Shown here one piece after another: positions 26,784 to 35,419 of a stretch of 42,871 bases of DNA. The translations under genes and the position numbers were made by a program. The notes under the pieces were generated by a model. That model ran no database searches and had not been told where the DNA came from. It saw nothing but the letters and a program-made list of their open reading frames with translations. The DNA is from Spirochaetaceae bacterium (GTDB taxonomy: Bacteria; Spirochaetota; Spirochaetia; SZUA-6; DRHE01): the NCBI GenBank assembly GCA_020353535.1, contig CP070696.1:4664138-4707008 (forward strand), read 5' to 3'. Positions within the stretch are counted from its first letter, which is position 1. Each line of letters starts with the position of its first letter.

Positions 26784-28289
26784 TCATGCCCATGCCTCGG
26801 CCAGGGCTCGCAGGTATTTCTGATATCTGACGTATTTGTCGGCATACAACTTGGTGTAGTCCGACCGCGGCTCAACGGTCTGGGACACGCACACCATTCG
26901 GTCCACCGCTTCCTCGAAGGAGGCAAACACTCCGACCCCCACACCGGCGCAGATAGCCGCCCCCATCGCGCCCAGCTCTTCGTTGGAGGTAAGCTCTATG
27001 GGGATTCCAAGCACATCGGCGAACATCTGTACCCATATCGGTGATTTGGCTGCGCCTCCGGCCATCCGTGCAACCTTGGGAGTATCCCGGTAGGTCAGGA
27101 GGCGGTCGACATGGGTTTTGTGCGAGAAGACCACTCCTTCGAACACCGCGCGCAGCAGATGTTCCTTGCGATGCCAGCCGTGCAAGCCCAGAAAGCAGGA
27201 AGCGGCATTGGGCCCCACATTGCTGCCATAGAGAAAAGGCAGGAATACGATGTCGGAGTCCGCAGGGTGCACCGATGCCGCCAGCTCGCCGCAGGTGTTG
27301 TAGATGCTCTGGCCACCCGCCCCGAGCGATTCCCCGCCCATCAACTCCGATACCACCCATTCCAGGTTGCTCGCGGAGGTGGCGCTGCCCTCCATGGTCA
27401 GCCAATGGCCGGGCAGGCAGTACGCGGAGGTCATGAACAGGTCTTTCGCCTCCACCGGGGATGTGCTGATGTACTCGTTGATGCTCCAGGAGCCGGCGAT
27501 CAGGCACAGCTGAGCCGGATCGATGATGCCGGAGGCGATGGCGCAGGCACTGATATCGAACAGCCCTCCGGCAACAGGTGTCCCTTCCAATAGGCCGGTC
27601 TCCTCCGCTGCCTTCCGGGAGATGCGGCCGCAGATCTCCGCCGAGCGACGGAGGGATGGGAGCTTTTCCCGACAGAAGCCGATGCCGAAACTTTCCAGCA
27701 ATTCGAGATCGTAGTCCAGGGTGCGGACGTTCAGCAGACTGGTGCCAGAGTAGTCTGTGAGCTCGGCCAAGGCCTCACCGGTGAGCCGGTAGCGGATGAA
27801 GTCCTTGCACATGAACACCCACCGGGTTCGTTCCAACACCTCCGGCTCTCGATCCTGAAACCAGGCCAGCAAGGCAACCGGCTGACCCGGCCAGATGGAC
27901 TGACAGGTGCGGGTCAGCAGGCGATCGTGGGTTCCGTCGGCGTACCACTTCTGCACGTAATCGCTCGCGCGGGTGTCTGCGGAGTTGATGCCGTTGTAAA
28001 CCGACCGGCCCTTTCCGTCGACTAGGTACATGCCGTTGCCGTGGCCGGTTACCGCGATTCCCGCGACCTGAGCAGCGCCGATCCCGGCTTTCTCCAAGAC
28101 CTCCCGGATAACGTGCACGTTGGCCGCCCAAAGAGCCTCCGTGTCTTTTTCCGCATGCCCCGGCCGGGGAAACACGATCGCGCTCTTAATCCCCGCCACT
28201 GCCTTCTCGTTGCCGGATGTATCGTAAACCGCAGCCTTGGTTACGGTGCCGCCATTGTCGATTCCCAGCAGGTAGTCGGCCGGCATCAT
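26784..28289 (-). CDS. FGGY carbohydrate kinase (L-xylulose/3-keto-L-gulonate kinase-like)
   Basis: GIDNGGTVTKA, VTGHGNGMYL, CKDFIRYRLTG, GGLFD, FLPFLYG and GGAAKS motifs. Confidence 0.88.
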   Translation of the reverse strand: MMPADYLLGIDNGGTVTKAAVYDTSGNEKAVAGIKSAIVFPRPGHAEKDTEALWAANVHVIREVLEKAGIGAAQVAGIAVTGHGNGMYLVDGKGRSVYNGINSADTRASDYVQKWYADGTHDRLLTRTCQSIWPGQPVALLAWFQDREPEVLERTRWVFMCKDFIRYRLTGEALAELTDYSGTSLLNVRTLDYDLELLESFGIGFCREKLPSLRRSAEICGRISRKAAEETGLLEGTPVAGGLFDISACAIASGIIDPAQLCLIAGSWSINEYISTSPVEAKDLFMTSAYCLPGHWLTMEGSATSASNLEWVVSELMGGESLGAGGQSIYNTCGELAASVHPADSDIVFLPFLYGSNVGPNAASCFLGLHGWHRKEHLLRAVFEGVVFSHKTHVDRLLTYRDTPKVARMAGGAAKSPIWVQMFADVLGIPIELTSNEELGAMGAAICAGVGVGVFASFEEAVDRMVCVSQTVEPRSDYTKLYADKYVRYQKYLRALAEAWA

Positions 28290-28439
28290 GAGGAGACCAA
28301 CAGATGGGTAAGATTCGGCACAGAATAGTTTCCACTCGCATCGATTTGGCTCACTGGCTTCTCCTCTTGTGGTCGATTGTCACCTGGATCATACCGCACC
28401 CGCCCCGTAGAGGCCAGTCCAGGGAGGAAAGCGGACGCG

Positions 28440-28468
28440 TTGACAGCAAATTGGAAAGCCAGTATCGT
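28440..28468 (+). promoter_or_regulatory. Putative sigma70 promoter of the E1/E2 genes
   Basis: TTGACA, 17 nt, TATCGT. Confidence 0.55.
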
Positions 28469-28530
28469 GGGCGGGGTCGATGTTCCAGCGATCATGCAGC
28501 CGAGACGCACTCTGCTGCAGGAGGTATCCA

Positions 28531-29493
28531 ATGGTTTCCAAAGAGCTCCTCATGACGATGTACAGGCAGATCTTTCTGATTCGCACTTTTGAGACGCGCT
28601 GTATAAAACTTTACAGGAGCGGTGCAATTAAGGGGTACTTCCATCCCTACCTTGGTGAGGAAGCAATCGCGGTGGGGGTGTGTGCCACCCTGCGCAAAGA
28701 GGACTATATCGTCAGCACCCACCGCGGGCACGGGCACTGTATCGCCAAGGGCGCTGCGGTGGATTGCATGGTAGCCGAATTGTTGGGCAAAGAGACCGGC
28801 TACTGCCGGGGAAGGGGCGGATCGATGCACATTGCTGATGTGGCCACAGGCAATCTGGGCGCCAACGGCATCGTAGGCGGAGGTATCGCCATGGGCGTGG
28901 GAGCGGCACTCGGGGCCGACATCCGAGGAGAGAACAGGGTTACCGCGGTTTTTTTCTCCGACGGCGCGACCGCTAACGGCGTTTTCTGCGAAAGTCTCAA
29001 CCTGGCTGCAATCTGGAATCTGCCTGTTATCTTCGTAATCGAAAACAATGAGTATGCGGCCTCCACCCCCCTTGAGCTATCGACCCGGGACTGCGACCTG
29101 TACAAACGTGCGGCCGCCTACTGCGTGACCGCTACCCAGATCGACGGCAACGATGTGCTGGTCGTTTACGAGGAAGCGAGAAAAGCGGTCAAGCAATGCC
29201 GGAGCGGAAAAGGTCCGGTTGTCATTGAGTGCAAAACCTACCGTCACCAGGGGCATCATGTAAACGATCCCGGTGCCTACATGCCAGCCGAAAAGCTGGA
29301 GTACTTCAAGAACCAGCACGATCCGGTGGACATCGCTCGAAGGTACCTTCTGGAAAAGACTGACGAAGCGACGGTCAAGGCGGTCGAGGAAGCGGTGCAA
29401 AAGGAAATGGAGGAAGCGGTTGCTTTTGCGGAGGCCAGCCCGGAACCCAATGCGCAGGATTTTTTGGAAGAGGTCGTTTGCAAATACGGTTAG
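28531..29493 (+). CDS. ThDP-dependent dehydrogenase E1 alpha (acetoin/pyruvate dehydrogenase-like)
   Basis: THRGHGH, GRGGSMH, SDGA...ENNEY and TYRHQGH motifs. AGGAGG RBS before ATG 28531. Confidence 0.92.
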   Translation: MVSKELLMTMYRQIFLIRTFETRCIKLYRSGAIKGYFHPYLGEEAIAVGVCATLRKEDYIVSTHRGHGHCIAKGAAVDCMVAELLGKETGYCRGRGGSMHIADVATGNLGANGIVGGGIAMGVGAALGADIRGENRVTAVFFSDGATANGVFCESLNLAAIWNLPVIFVIENNEYAASTPLELSTRDCDLYKRAAAYCVTATQIDGNDVLVVYEEARKAVKQCRSGKGPVVIECKTYRHQGHHVNDPGAYMPAEKLEYFKNQHDPVDIARRYLLEKTDEATVKAVEEAVQKEMEEAVAFAEASPEPNAQDFLEEVVCKYG

Positions 29494-29535
29494 AGAACAG
29501 TCGGCTGGAGAACGGTCGAACTCGAGGAGAAGCGG

Positions 29536-30546
29536 ATGAGCACAACCACAGTCGCCAAGGCGCGAACCATCATGTACCGGGAGGCGTTGAACGAAGCGCT
29601 CAAAGAGGAGATGCGCCGCGACGCGACCGTTATTGCCTTTGGCTTGCAGGTGGCGGCACGGGGCGGTTCGCACAAGGTAACCAAGGATATCCTGGAGGAG
29701 TTCGGGCCCAAGCGGATTTTCGATACCCCGATCGCCGAGGCCAGCTTCACCGGCATGGGCGTGGGCGCCGCCATCACCGGTATGCGTCCTGTAGTGGAAA
29801 TCATGTTTCTGGATTTCAGCATGCTCATTCTCGACCAGATCATCAACCAGGCGGCCAAGTACGAGTTCATGACCGGCGGGCATGGCAAGGTGCCCATGGT
29901 ACTGCGCTCCCCAGGTGGATTGGGCAATGGACTGGCCGCACAGCATTCCCAGAGCCTGGAAGCCCTGTTCTACCATATTCCCGGTCTTAAGCTGGTCATG
30001 CCTTCGACTCCCTATGATGCCAAAGGACTGCTCAAGAGCGCCATTCGGGATAACGATCCTGTGATCTTCCTGGAGCACAAGCAGCTGTACATGACCAAGG
30101 GAGAAGTACCTCAAGGGGAATACCTCGTACCGCTGGGCAAAGCCGACATCAAACGTTCCGGGCGCCACGCCACGGTGATCGCCTGGTCGAACATGGTCCC
30201 ACGCGCTCTGGCGGCGGCCGACAGGTTGGCGCAGGAGGGGATCGACGTTGAGGTCCTGGATCCACGTTCTCTGGTGCCCCTTGACAAGGAGTTGATCCTG
30301 GAGTCGGTGTGCAAAACCGAGCATGTGCTCATCGTGCAGGAGGCGGTTCGACGCGGCGGAGTGGCCTCCGACATCTGCTCGCTGATCATGGAGGAAGCCT
30401 TCGACTACCTGGACGCCCCGGTGCGCATAATCGCCGGTGTCAATACTCCCATCCCTTTCAATCTCAATTTGGAACGACACTGCGTACCCCAGGAGCAAGA
30501 CATCGTCGGCGCTGTAAAACAGCTGCTGAAAGGGTTCCAAGCATGA
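29536..30546 (+). CDS. ThDP-dependent dehydrogenase E1 beta
   Basis: DTPIAEA, RPVVEIMF, AAQHSQ, DPVIFLEHK and LDAPV motifs. Confidence 0.93.
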   Translation: MSTTTVAKARTIMYREALNEALKEEMRRDATVIAFGLQVAARGGSHKVTKDILEEFGPKRIFDTPIAEASFTGMGVGAAITGMRPVVEIMFLDFSMLILDQIINQAAKYEFMTGGHGKVPMVLRSPGGLGNGLAAQHSQSLEALFYHIPGLKLVMPSTPYDAKGLLKSAIRDNDPVIFLEHKQLYMTKGEVPQGEYLVPLGKADIKRSGRHATVIAWSNMVPRALAAADRLAQEGIDVEVLDPRSLVPLDKELILESVCKTEHVLIVQEAVRRGGVASDICSLIMEEAFDYLDAPVRIIAGVNTPIPFNLNLERHCVPQEQDIVGAVKQLLKGFQA

Positions 30547-31763
30547 CACCTGTAATCATGCCCCAGATCGGGCAGGACGTGGTAACCGGGATCATCACCA
30601 GCTGGTACAAAAAGGTTGGAGATACGGTGCAGAGCGGAGAGGTGATCGCCACAGTGGAAGGCGAAAAAGCATCGTTCGACATCGAGGCCGATGACTCCGG
30701 TGTGCTGTTGCAGATTGTCGTGGAGCAAGGGGAGGAGGGAACCGTGCTGGAGCCGATAGGCTATATCGGCGAACCGGGTGAAATACCGGTTGAGTATTCC
30801 TCCCCTGTGGTGCAGCCGGCTGGCGCTCCGACATCCAAAGTTCCGGCACGGCCAGCGGAGCCGATGCGCCGGGACAAGGTGTTTGTCTCGCCCTCCGCAC
30901 GGAGGATGGCGCAGATCCTGGGGGTGGATCTGAACGGACTGAAGGGCAGCGGCCCGGGAGGCCGAATCATAAAGAATGACGTACTGGCTGTGGCCAAAAT
31001 GCAGGAAGCCCCCGTCACCTCGGAGATCGTGTCAGCCGCCACAGCCGTGACAAGGGCTCCAGCACCCCCTTCTAAACGCATTACCTCGGATACGGTTATC
31101 CCCTTCTCCCGGATGCGTCAGACCATCGCCGAGCGTCTCACGTTGAGCAGTACTACGATCCCTCACTTCTACCTCTTCCAGGACATCGACATGGAGAATC
31201 CGCTACGGTGGCGGGAGCATTACAACCGGGTGAACGCCGTTCATATCACAGTCACCTCCATGGTCGTGCTGGCCACGGCGCTGACCCTGCGGGAGTTCCC
31301 CGGCCTGAACGCCCACGTGGAAAAAGGCAGATTGGTGCTCAAGGCGAGGATCAACATCGGTGTGGCCACCGCCACCGACGAAGGACTGCTGGTGCCGGTG
31401 ATTCCAGATGCGGATGGCAAAGACGAAAAAACGCTCTCACTGGAGATCAAGGCCAGGACAACGGCAGCCCGGCAGGGGCGGCTGGATGCCGGCCTGCGGA
31501 GTAGCTTCACGGTAACCTCGCTGGGCATGTACGGTATCCAGAGCTTCCTGCCCATCATCAATCCTCCCGAAGCGGCCATTCTGGGAGTGGGCGTGGCAGA
31601 GCCCCGACCGGTGGCGGTGAACGGACTGCTCGGCGTGCGCCGGGTTATGACCGTGGTGCTGGCCAGCGACCATAGAGCTGTCGACGGTGCCGAAGCAGCC
31701 CGTTTCCTGCAGAGCCTGAAAGACATCTTCGCGACTCGCTTCCCGCTCTTGCCGACGACCTGA
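30543..31763 (+). CDS. Dihydrolipoamide acyltransferase E2
   Basis: Lipoyl domain with EGEKAS, E3-binding domain SPSARR...GSGPGGRI, PIINPP and catalytic DHRAVDG. ATGA overlap with E1 beta. Confidence 0.92.
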   Translation: MTPVIMPQIGQDVVTGIITSWYKKVGDTVQSGEVIATVEGEKASFDIEADDSGVLLQIVVEQGEEGTVLEPIGYIGEPGEIPVEYSSPVVQPAGAPTSKVPARPAEPMRRDKVFVSPSARRMAQILGVDLNGLKGSGPGGRIIKNDVLAVAKMQEAPVTSEIVSAATAVTRAPAPPSKRITSDTVIPFSRMRQTIAERLTLSSTTIPHFYLFQDIDMENPLRWREHYNRVNAVHITVTSMVVLATALTLREFPGLNAHVEKGRLVLKARINIGVATATDEGLLVPVIPDADGKDEKTLSLEIKARTTAARQGRLDAGLRSSFTVTSLGMYGIQSFLPIINPPEAAILGVGVAEPRPVAVNGLLGVRRVMTVVLASDHRAVDGAEAARFLQSLKDIFATRFPLLPTT

Positions 31764-31870
31764 AGCCGGTCGTAGCTGTTCCATATCAAGAATCCCGCCG
31801 TCCCTGCGAAGTACAAGTATTCGTCCAACCGGTGTAGAATTTCAGCAAATTCTATTCTAAATGGAAAATT

Positions 31871-31903
31871 TCATTTGACAAGTAGAATTTGATATGTCAT
31901 AAT
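31871..31903 (+). promoter_or_regulatory. Sigma70 promoter with the 19-bp shared motif
   Basis: TTGACA (31875-31880), 17 nt, TGn-CATAAT (31898-31903). TCATTTGACAAGTAGAATT at 31871-31889. Confidence 0.75.
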
Positions 31904-31957
31904 ACCATTTCATGTGTAGATAAAGGGATCACAACTTAATTATACGGAGGTTTTATC

Positions 31958-32467
31958 ATGAAAGAGATTACCGTCAAAAAGCTCAGTACTGAGAGTTTCG
32001 CCAAGTACGGAACCTACGCGAACATGATCAATCCGGTCGCGCCGAAGATCGGGGCGGAGCCCATAGAGTTTTACCGGGACATGGTACAGTCCCAGCTGGG
32101 CATGTCTTCGGTGGTTTCCTTCGGAGTCTGCCGGGTGGTCAAGAGACCGTTCGTGATGGATGTATCGGAGTACCACGACAGTTGCTGCGAGGTGGTTATG
32201 CCGCTGGATGGGGATATAGTCATGCACGTGGCGCCTGCCGTTCCGGAAAAGGAGTTTCCCTTCGAGCAGGCGGAAGTGTTTCTGGTGCCTAAGGGGACCC
32301 TGTGCTGCCTGCGGCCGGGTGTTTGGCATCACGGCCCGTACGCTATCCGGGCTGAGGTCGTAAACTGCCTGATTGCCCTGCCGGAGCGAACGTATGTGAA
32401 TGACTGTAAGTTCTATTCCTTTCCACCGGACAGACACATGAAGATAGTGGGTGAAGGTGTAAATTAA
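31958..32467 (+). CDS. Ureidoglycolate lyase (AllA)-like cupin, function uncertain
   Basis: LSTESFAKYG N-terminus, EYH..C.E and PGVWHHGP motifs. GGAGG RBS. Confidence 0.7.
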   Translation: MKEITVKKLSTESFAKYGTYANMINPVAPKIGAEPIEFYRDMVQSQLGMSSVVSFGVCRVVKRPFVMDVSEYHDSCCEVVMPLDGDIVMHVAPAVPEKEFPFEQAEVFLVPKGTLCCLRPGVWHHGPYAIRAEVVNCLIALPERTYVNDCKFYSFPPDRHMKIVGEGVN

Positions 32468-32571
32468 TAAAAAAATGCAATTTTTTTTGTAAAATAAACA
32501 GGTTTTTTCCATGCAATTTGATAGCAATTACTTTATATATAATAAATTAAAATATTTGTTATTTAAAATTA

Positions 32572-32608
32572 AATTCTGCTTGACAAATGAAGCATTATGG
32601 GCTAAAAT
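32572..32608 (+). promoter_or_regulatory. Sigma70 promoter of the second ABC operon with the 19-bp shared motif
   Basis: TTGACA (32580-32585), 17 nt, TAAAAT (32603-32608). AATTCTGCTTGACAAATGA at 32572-32590; very AT-rich upstream region. Confidence 0.8.
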
Positions 32609-32805
32609 CCCATACTTAGTAGCATGAAATCGCAGGCAGGAAAAGGACAACAGAGGGGCATTCGGATAATTATCCTGTCGGGACGTAATTGAGAGAAGGA
32701 GGTGATCAGGGAAAGAAGAGTTGAAAACAGGATCGGGCAACGAATAATAAAAAAGTCAGTGGAGAGTTCGCAAAAACAAATCTGTATCGAGGAGGAGAAG
32801 AGAAA

Positions 32806-33837
32806 ATGAAAAGACTGGTTTTGTTGATCGTGGTGGTGGCGCTGATCGCCCCGCTGGCCTTCGCCGGAGCCACCAAAGAGAAGCCGATGAAGATCGCCTT
32901 CTTTGTTTCGGACCTGGGCAACGTCTTCCACCAGGCGCAGTTTACCGAGGCGAAAAAGTACGCCATGGAGAAGTACGGCGCCGAAGTGTTCGCCTTTGAC
33001 GGCAAATCGGACTCGGCTGTCATGACCCAGAACATCGACCAGGTCGTGGCTCAGGGCATGGATGCCGCCACCCTGCACATCTGGGACCAGGAGGCGGGAA
33101 GACCGGGTGTGCTCGCGGCTTTAGACAAGGACATCATCATGACCGCCTTCTTCAGCCCGTGTCTCGGCCCCGGCTTCGACACCGGCATCCCGACCGCCCG
33201 CAGCGATGAGGCGGGGGTGTCCTTCGCCATGGGCGCGGAGATGGCCAAGCAGTGGAAGGCCGCCCATCCGGACAAACCGATCGTGATGGTCCAAGTCGGC
33301 TGGCCGAACCACACCGAGGTGAAGTCCGGACGTACCGATCCCTTCGTCAAGGGGGTTCTGTCCGTGGATCCTAAGGCAACCGACCTCGGCTGCTTGTCTG
33401 GCGAAAAAGGACCTGATGCGGCCAAGCAGATCATCCTGGACCTGGTCACCCAGCGTCCCGATGTCAACCTGATCTACTCAGAGGCCTCCAACCTGACAGT
33501 TGGCACCATGGCCGCCTTGACGCAGGCCGGTAGAGGAAAGATGGACAACGGCAAGCCCCTGACCGAGATCGTCTGCAGCGTGGACTTCGACGAGGTGGAG
33601 TTGAAGGGCGTGTACGATCCCAACAGCTCGCTGAAGCTGTCCATGGGTCTGCCGCCCAAGGAGACCGCCCGCGGCCGCATCGACCTGATCATGGACATAA
33701 AGAGCGGTAAGGTTGCCAAGACCTCGCCGAAATCCCAGGAGTTCTTCTACAAGGCGTACAACATCTCCTACTGGACCATGAGCCGCGGCGACGCTGTGGC
33801 CTGGCTGAACGATCAGTTCGGTACCGATCTGAAATGA
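32806..33837 (+). CDS. Sugar ABC transporter substrate-binding protein
   Basis: Signal peptide MKRLVLLIVVVALIAPLAFAG, type I PBP features (GNVFH, FDGKSD), heads the ABC operon. Confidence 0.9.
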   Translation: MKRLVLLIVVVALIAPLAFAGATKEKPMKIAFFVSDLGNVFHQAQFTEAKKYAMEKYGAEVFAFDGKSDSAVMTQNIDQVVAQGMDAATLHIWDQEAGRPGVLAALDKDIIMTAFFSPCLGPGFDTGIPTARSDEAGVSFAMGAEMAKQWKAAHPDKPIVMVQVGWPNHTEVKSGRTDPFVKGVLSVDPKATDLGCLSGEKGPDAAKQIILDLVTQRPDVNLIYSEASNLTVGTMAALTQAGRGKMDNGKPLTEIVCSVDFDEVELKGVYDPNSSLKLSMGLPPKETARGRIDLIMDIKSGKVAKTSPKSQEFFYKAYNISYWTMSRGDAVAWLNDQFGTDLK

Positions 33838-33867
33838 TCGGTTGAGTCGGAGTGTAGGAAACCAGAC

Positions 33868-33902
33868 AACGGGAGGAAGGCCCGATGCCATCCTCCCGTT
33901 TT
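33868..33902 (+). terminator. Stem-loop after the binding-protein gene
   Basis: AACGGGAGGA...TCCTCCCGTT followed by TT. Confidence 0.65.
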
Positions 33903-33928
33903 CAGATCGTTGGAAGGGGAGCTGAGGC

Positions 33929-35419
33929 ATGAAACCTTCGGAAAATGTATTGGAAATCCGGAACCTGGTAAAAGATTTTTCCAGCGTGCGCGCGGTTAAT
34001 GATGTCAGTTTCGATATCAAGCGCAATACCGTCCACTGCCTTGTCGGAGAAAACGGGGCGGGCAAGTCTACGTTGATCAAGATCCTCACCGGCGCGTATG
34101 CAAGGACAAGCGGCACGATCCTGCTGAACGGGGAAGAGTACAACCCCCATAACCCGCGGGATGCAAAGCAGAAGGGTATCAGCACTTTGTTCCAGGAGCT
34201 CAATGTGGTCGATCAACTGACCGTCGAGGAGAATCTTACGCTGGGGATGGAGGACACGACATTCGGATTTCTGCGGAAGACGCACAAGATAAACAAGATG
34301 GTCGACGTGATGAAGAACCTCGAGCCCACCATCTACCCGGGACAGCCGGTCTCCTCCCTGAGTGTGGCCAAGAAGCAGATCGTGGAGATTGCCAAGGCGG
34401 TGGCCGCAGAGGCTGACATCATCATCATGGACGAGCCCACCGCCTCGATATCCGAAGGGGAAATCGCCCGTTTGTTCAAGATCGTCAAGGGACTGCGGGA
34501 GAAAAACGTAACCGTTATCTATATCTCCCACAGGCTGGACGAGGTCTTCGAGCTCGGCGACTACGTTACGGTCATGCGGGACGGCAGGCACATCTGCACC
34601 GAGCCGGTGGCGGAGGTCAAAGACAGGTCGGAACTGATCAAGATGATGATCGGGAAGACGGTTTTCGAAGAGTACACGCCCAGTAACGGAGGCGGTCGGG
34701 AGCCGATCCTCCAGGTGAAAGACCTCCATAACCACAAGCTCAAGAACATCTCCTTCGAGGTGCACAAGGGCGAGATTGTGGGTTTTTACGGTCTGGTGGG
34801 TGCGGGAAAAACGGAGCTGGCCCGGGCCATTTACGGTATCGATGGATACCGGGGGGAAATCACCTACAAAGGAAAAAAACTGCCCACGAAACCCGACAAG
34901 GTGATCGACGCGGGCATCGCCCTGGTGCCGGAGGAAAGACGGACTCAGGGATTGTTCACCGTGCTGACCATCCGGGGCAACGTTCCGGTCATGAATATGG
35001 CGAAAGTATCCAGGAACGGTTTCATCAGCTCGGCTCAGGAGAGGAAAGTAACCCTGGAATACATCGACCGCCTGCGGATCGCCACCAACAGCACCGAAAA
35101 GGAAGCGGCAAAGCTCTCCGGAGGCAATCAGCAGAAGGTGGTCTTCTCCAAGTGTCTGTTCGCGAATGCGGACCTGCTCATGCTCGATGAACCCACCCGG
35201 GGAATCGACGTGGGGGCGAAGAGCGAAATCTACGGCATCATCCGCCGGCTCTCGGAGGAGGGGAAATCCATCATGATTTTCTCCTCGGAGCTGCCGGAGG
35301 TGGTGAACATCTGCGACACCATCTACCTTCTGTTCGACGGGAACATGAAGGCCAGGATAGAGAACGGCCCCGATATCGACAGCGAGAAGATCCTTCATAT
35401 CGTCACGGGGGGAGAATGA
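33929..35419 (+). CDS. Sugar ABC transporter ATP-binding protein
   Basis: GENGAGKST, MDEPT, LSGGNQQK and LDEPTRGIDVGAK motifs. Confidence 0.95.
   Translation: MKPSENVLEIRNLVKDFSSVRAVNDVSFDIKRNTVHCLVGENGAGKSTLIKILTGAYARTSGTILLNGEEYNPHNPRDAKQKGISTLFQELNVVDQLTVEENLTLGMEDTTFGFLRKTHKINKMVDVMKNLEPTIYPGQPVSSLSVAKKQIVEIAKAVAAEADIIIMDEPTASISEGEIARLFKIVKGLREKNVTVIYISHRLDEVFELGDYVTVMRDGRHICTEPVAEVKDRSELIKMMIGKTVFEEYTPSNGGGREPILQVKDLHNHKLKNISFEVHKGEIVGFYGLVGAGKTELARAIYGIDGYRGEITYKGKKLPTKPDKVIDAGIALVPEERRTQGLFTVLTIRGNVPVMNMAKVSRNGFISSAQERKVTLEYIDRLRIATNSTEKEAAKLSGGNQQKVVFSKCLFANADLLMLDEPTRGIDVGAKSEIYGIIRRLSEEGKSIMIFSSELPEVVNICDTIYLLFDGNMKARIENGPDIDSEKILHIVTGGE

Noticed and set aside
26693-31889. Near-identical 19-bp direct repeats as a target-site duplication or att sites around the kinase-E1-E2 block
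   Set aside because: A third, inverted copy exists at 32572, all copies coincide with -35 boxes, and no integrase or transposase is present. A regulatory motif is the simpler explanation.
32468-32580. Very AT-rich tracts (also 9545-9612) as foreign DNA or a replication origin
   Set aside because: They are short, lie directly upstream of consensus promoters (UP-element-like), and show no DnaA-box cluster or iterons.
22770-35398. Long antisense ORFs at 22770-24383, 29077-30549 and 33902-35398
   Set aside because: They mirror pepF, E1 alpha/beta and the ABC ATPase; typical high-GC shadow frames.
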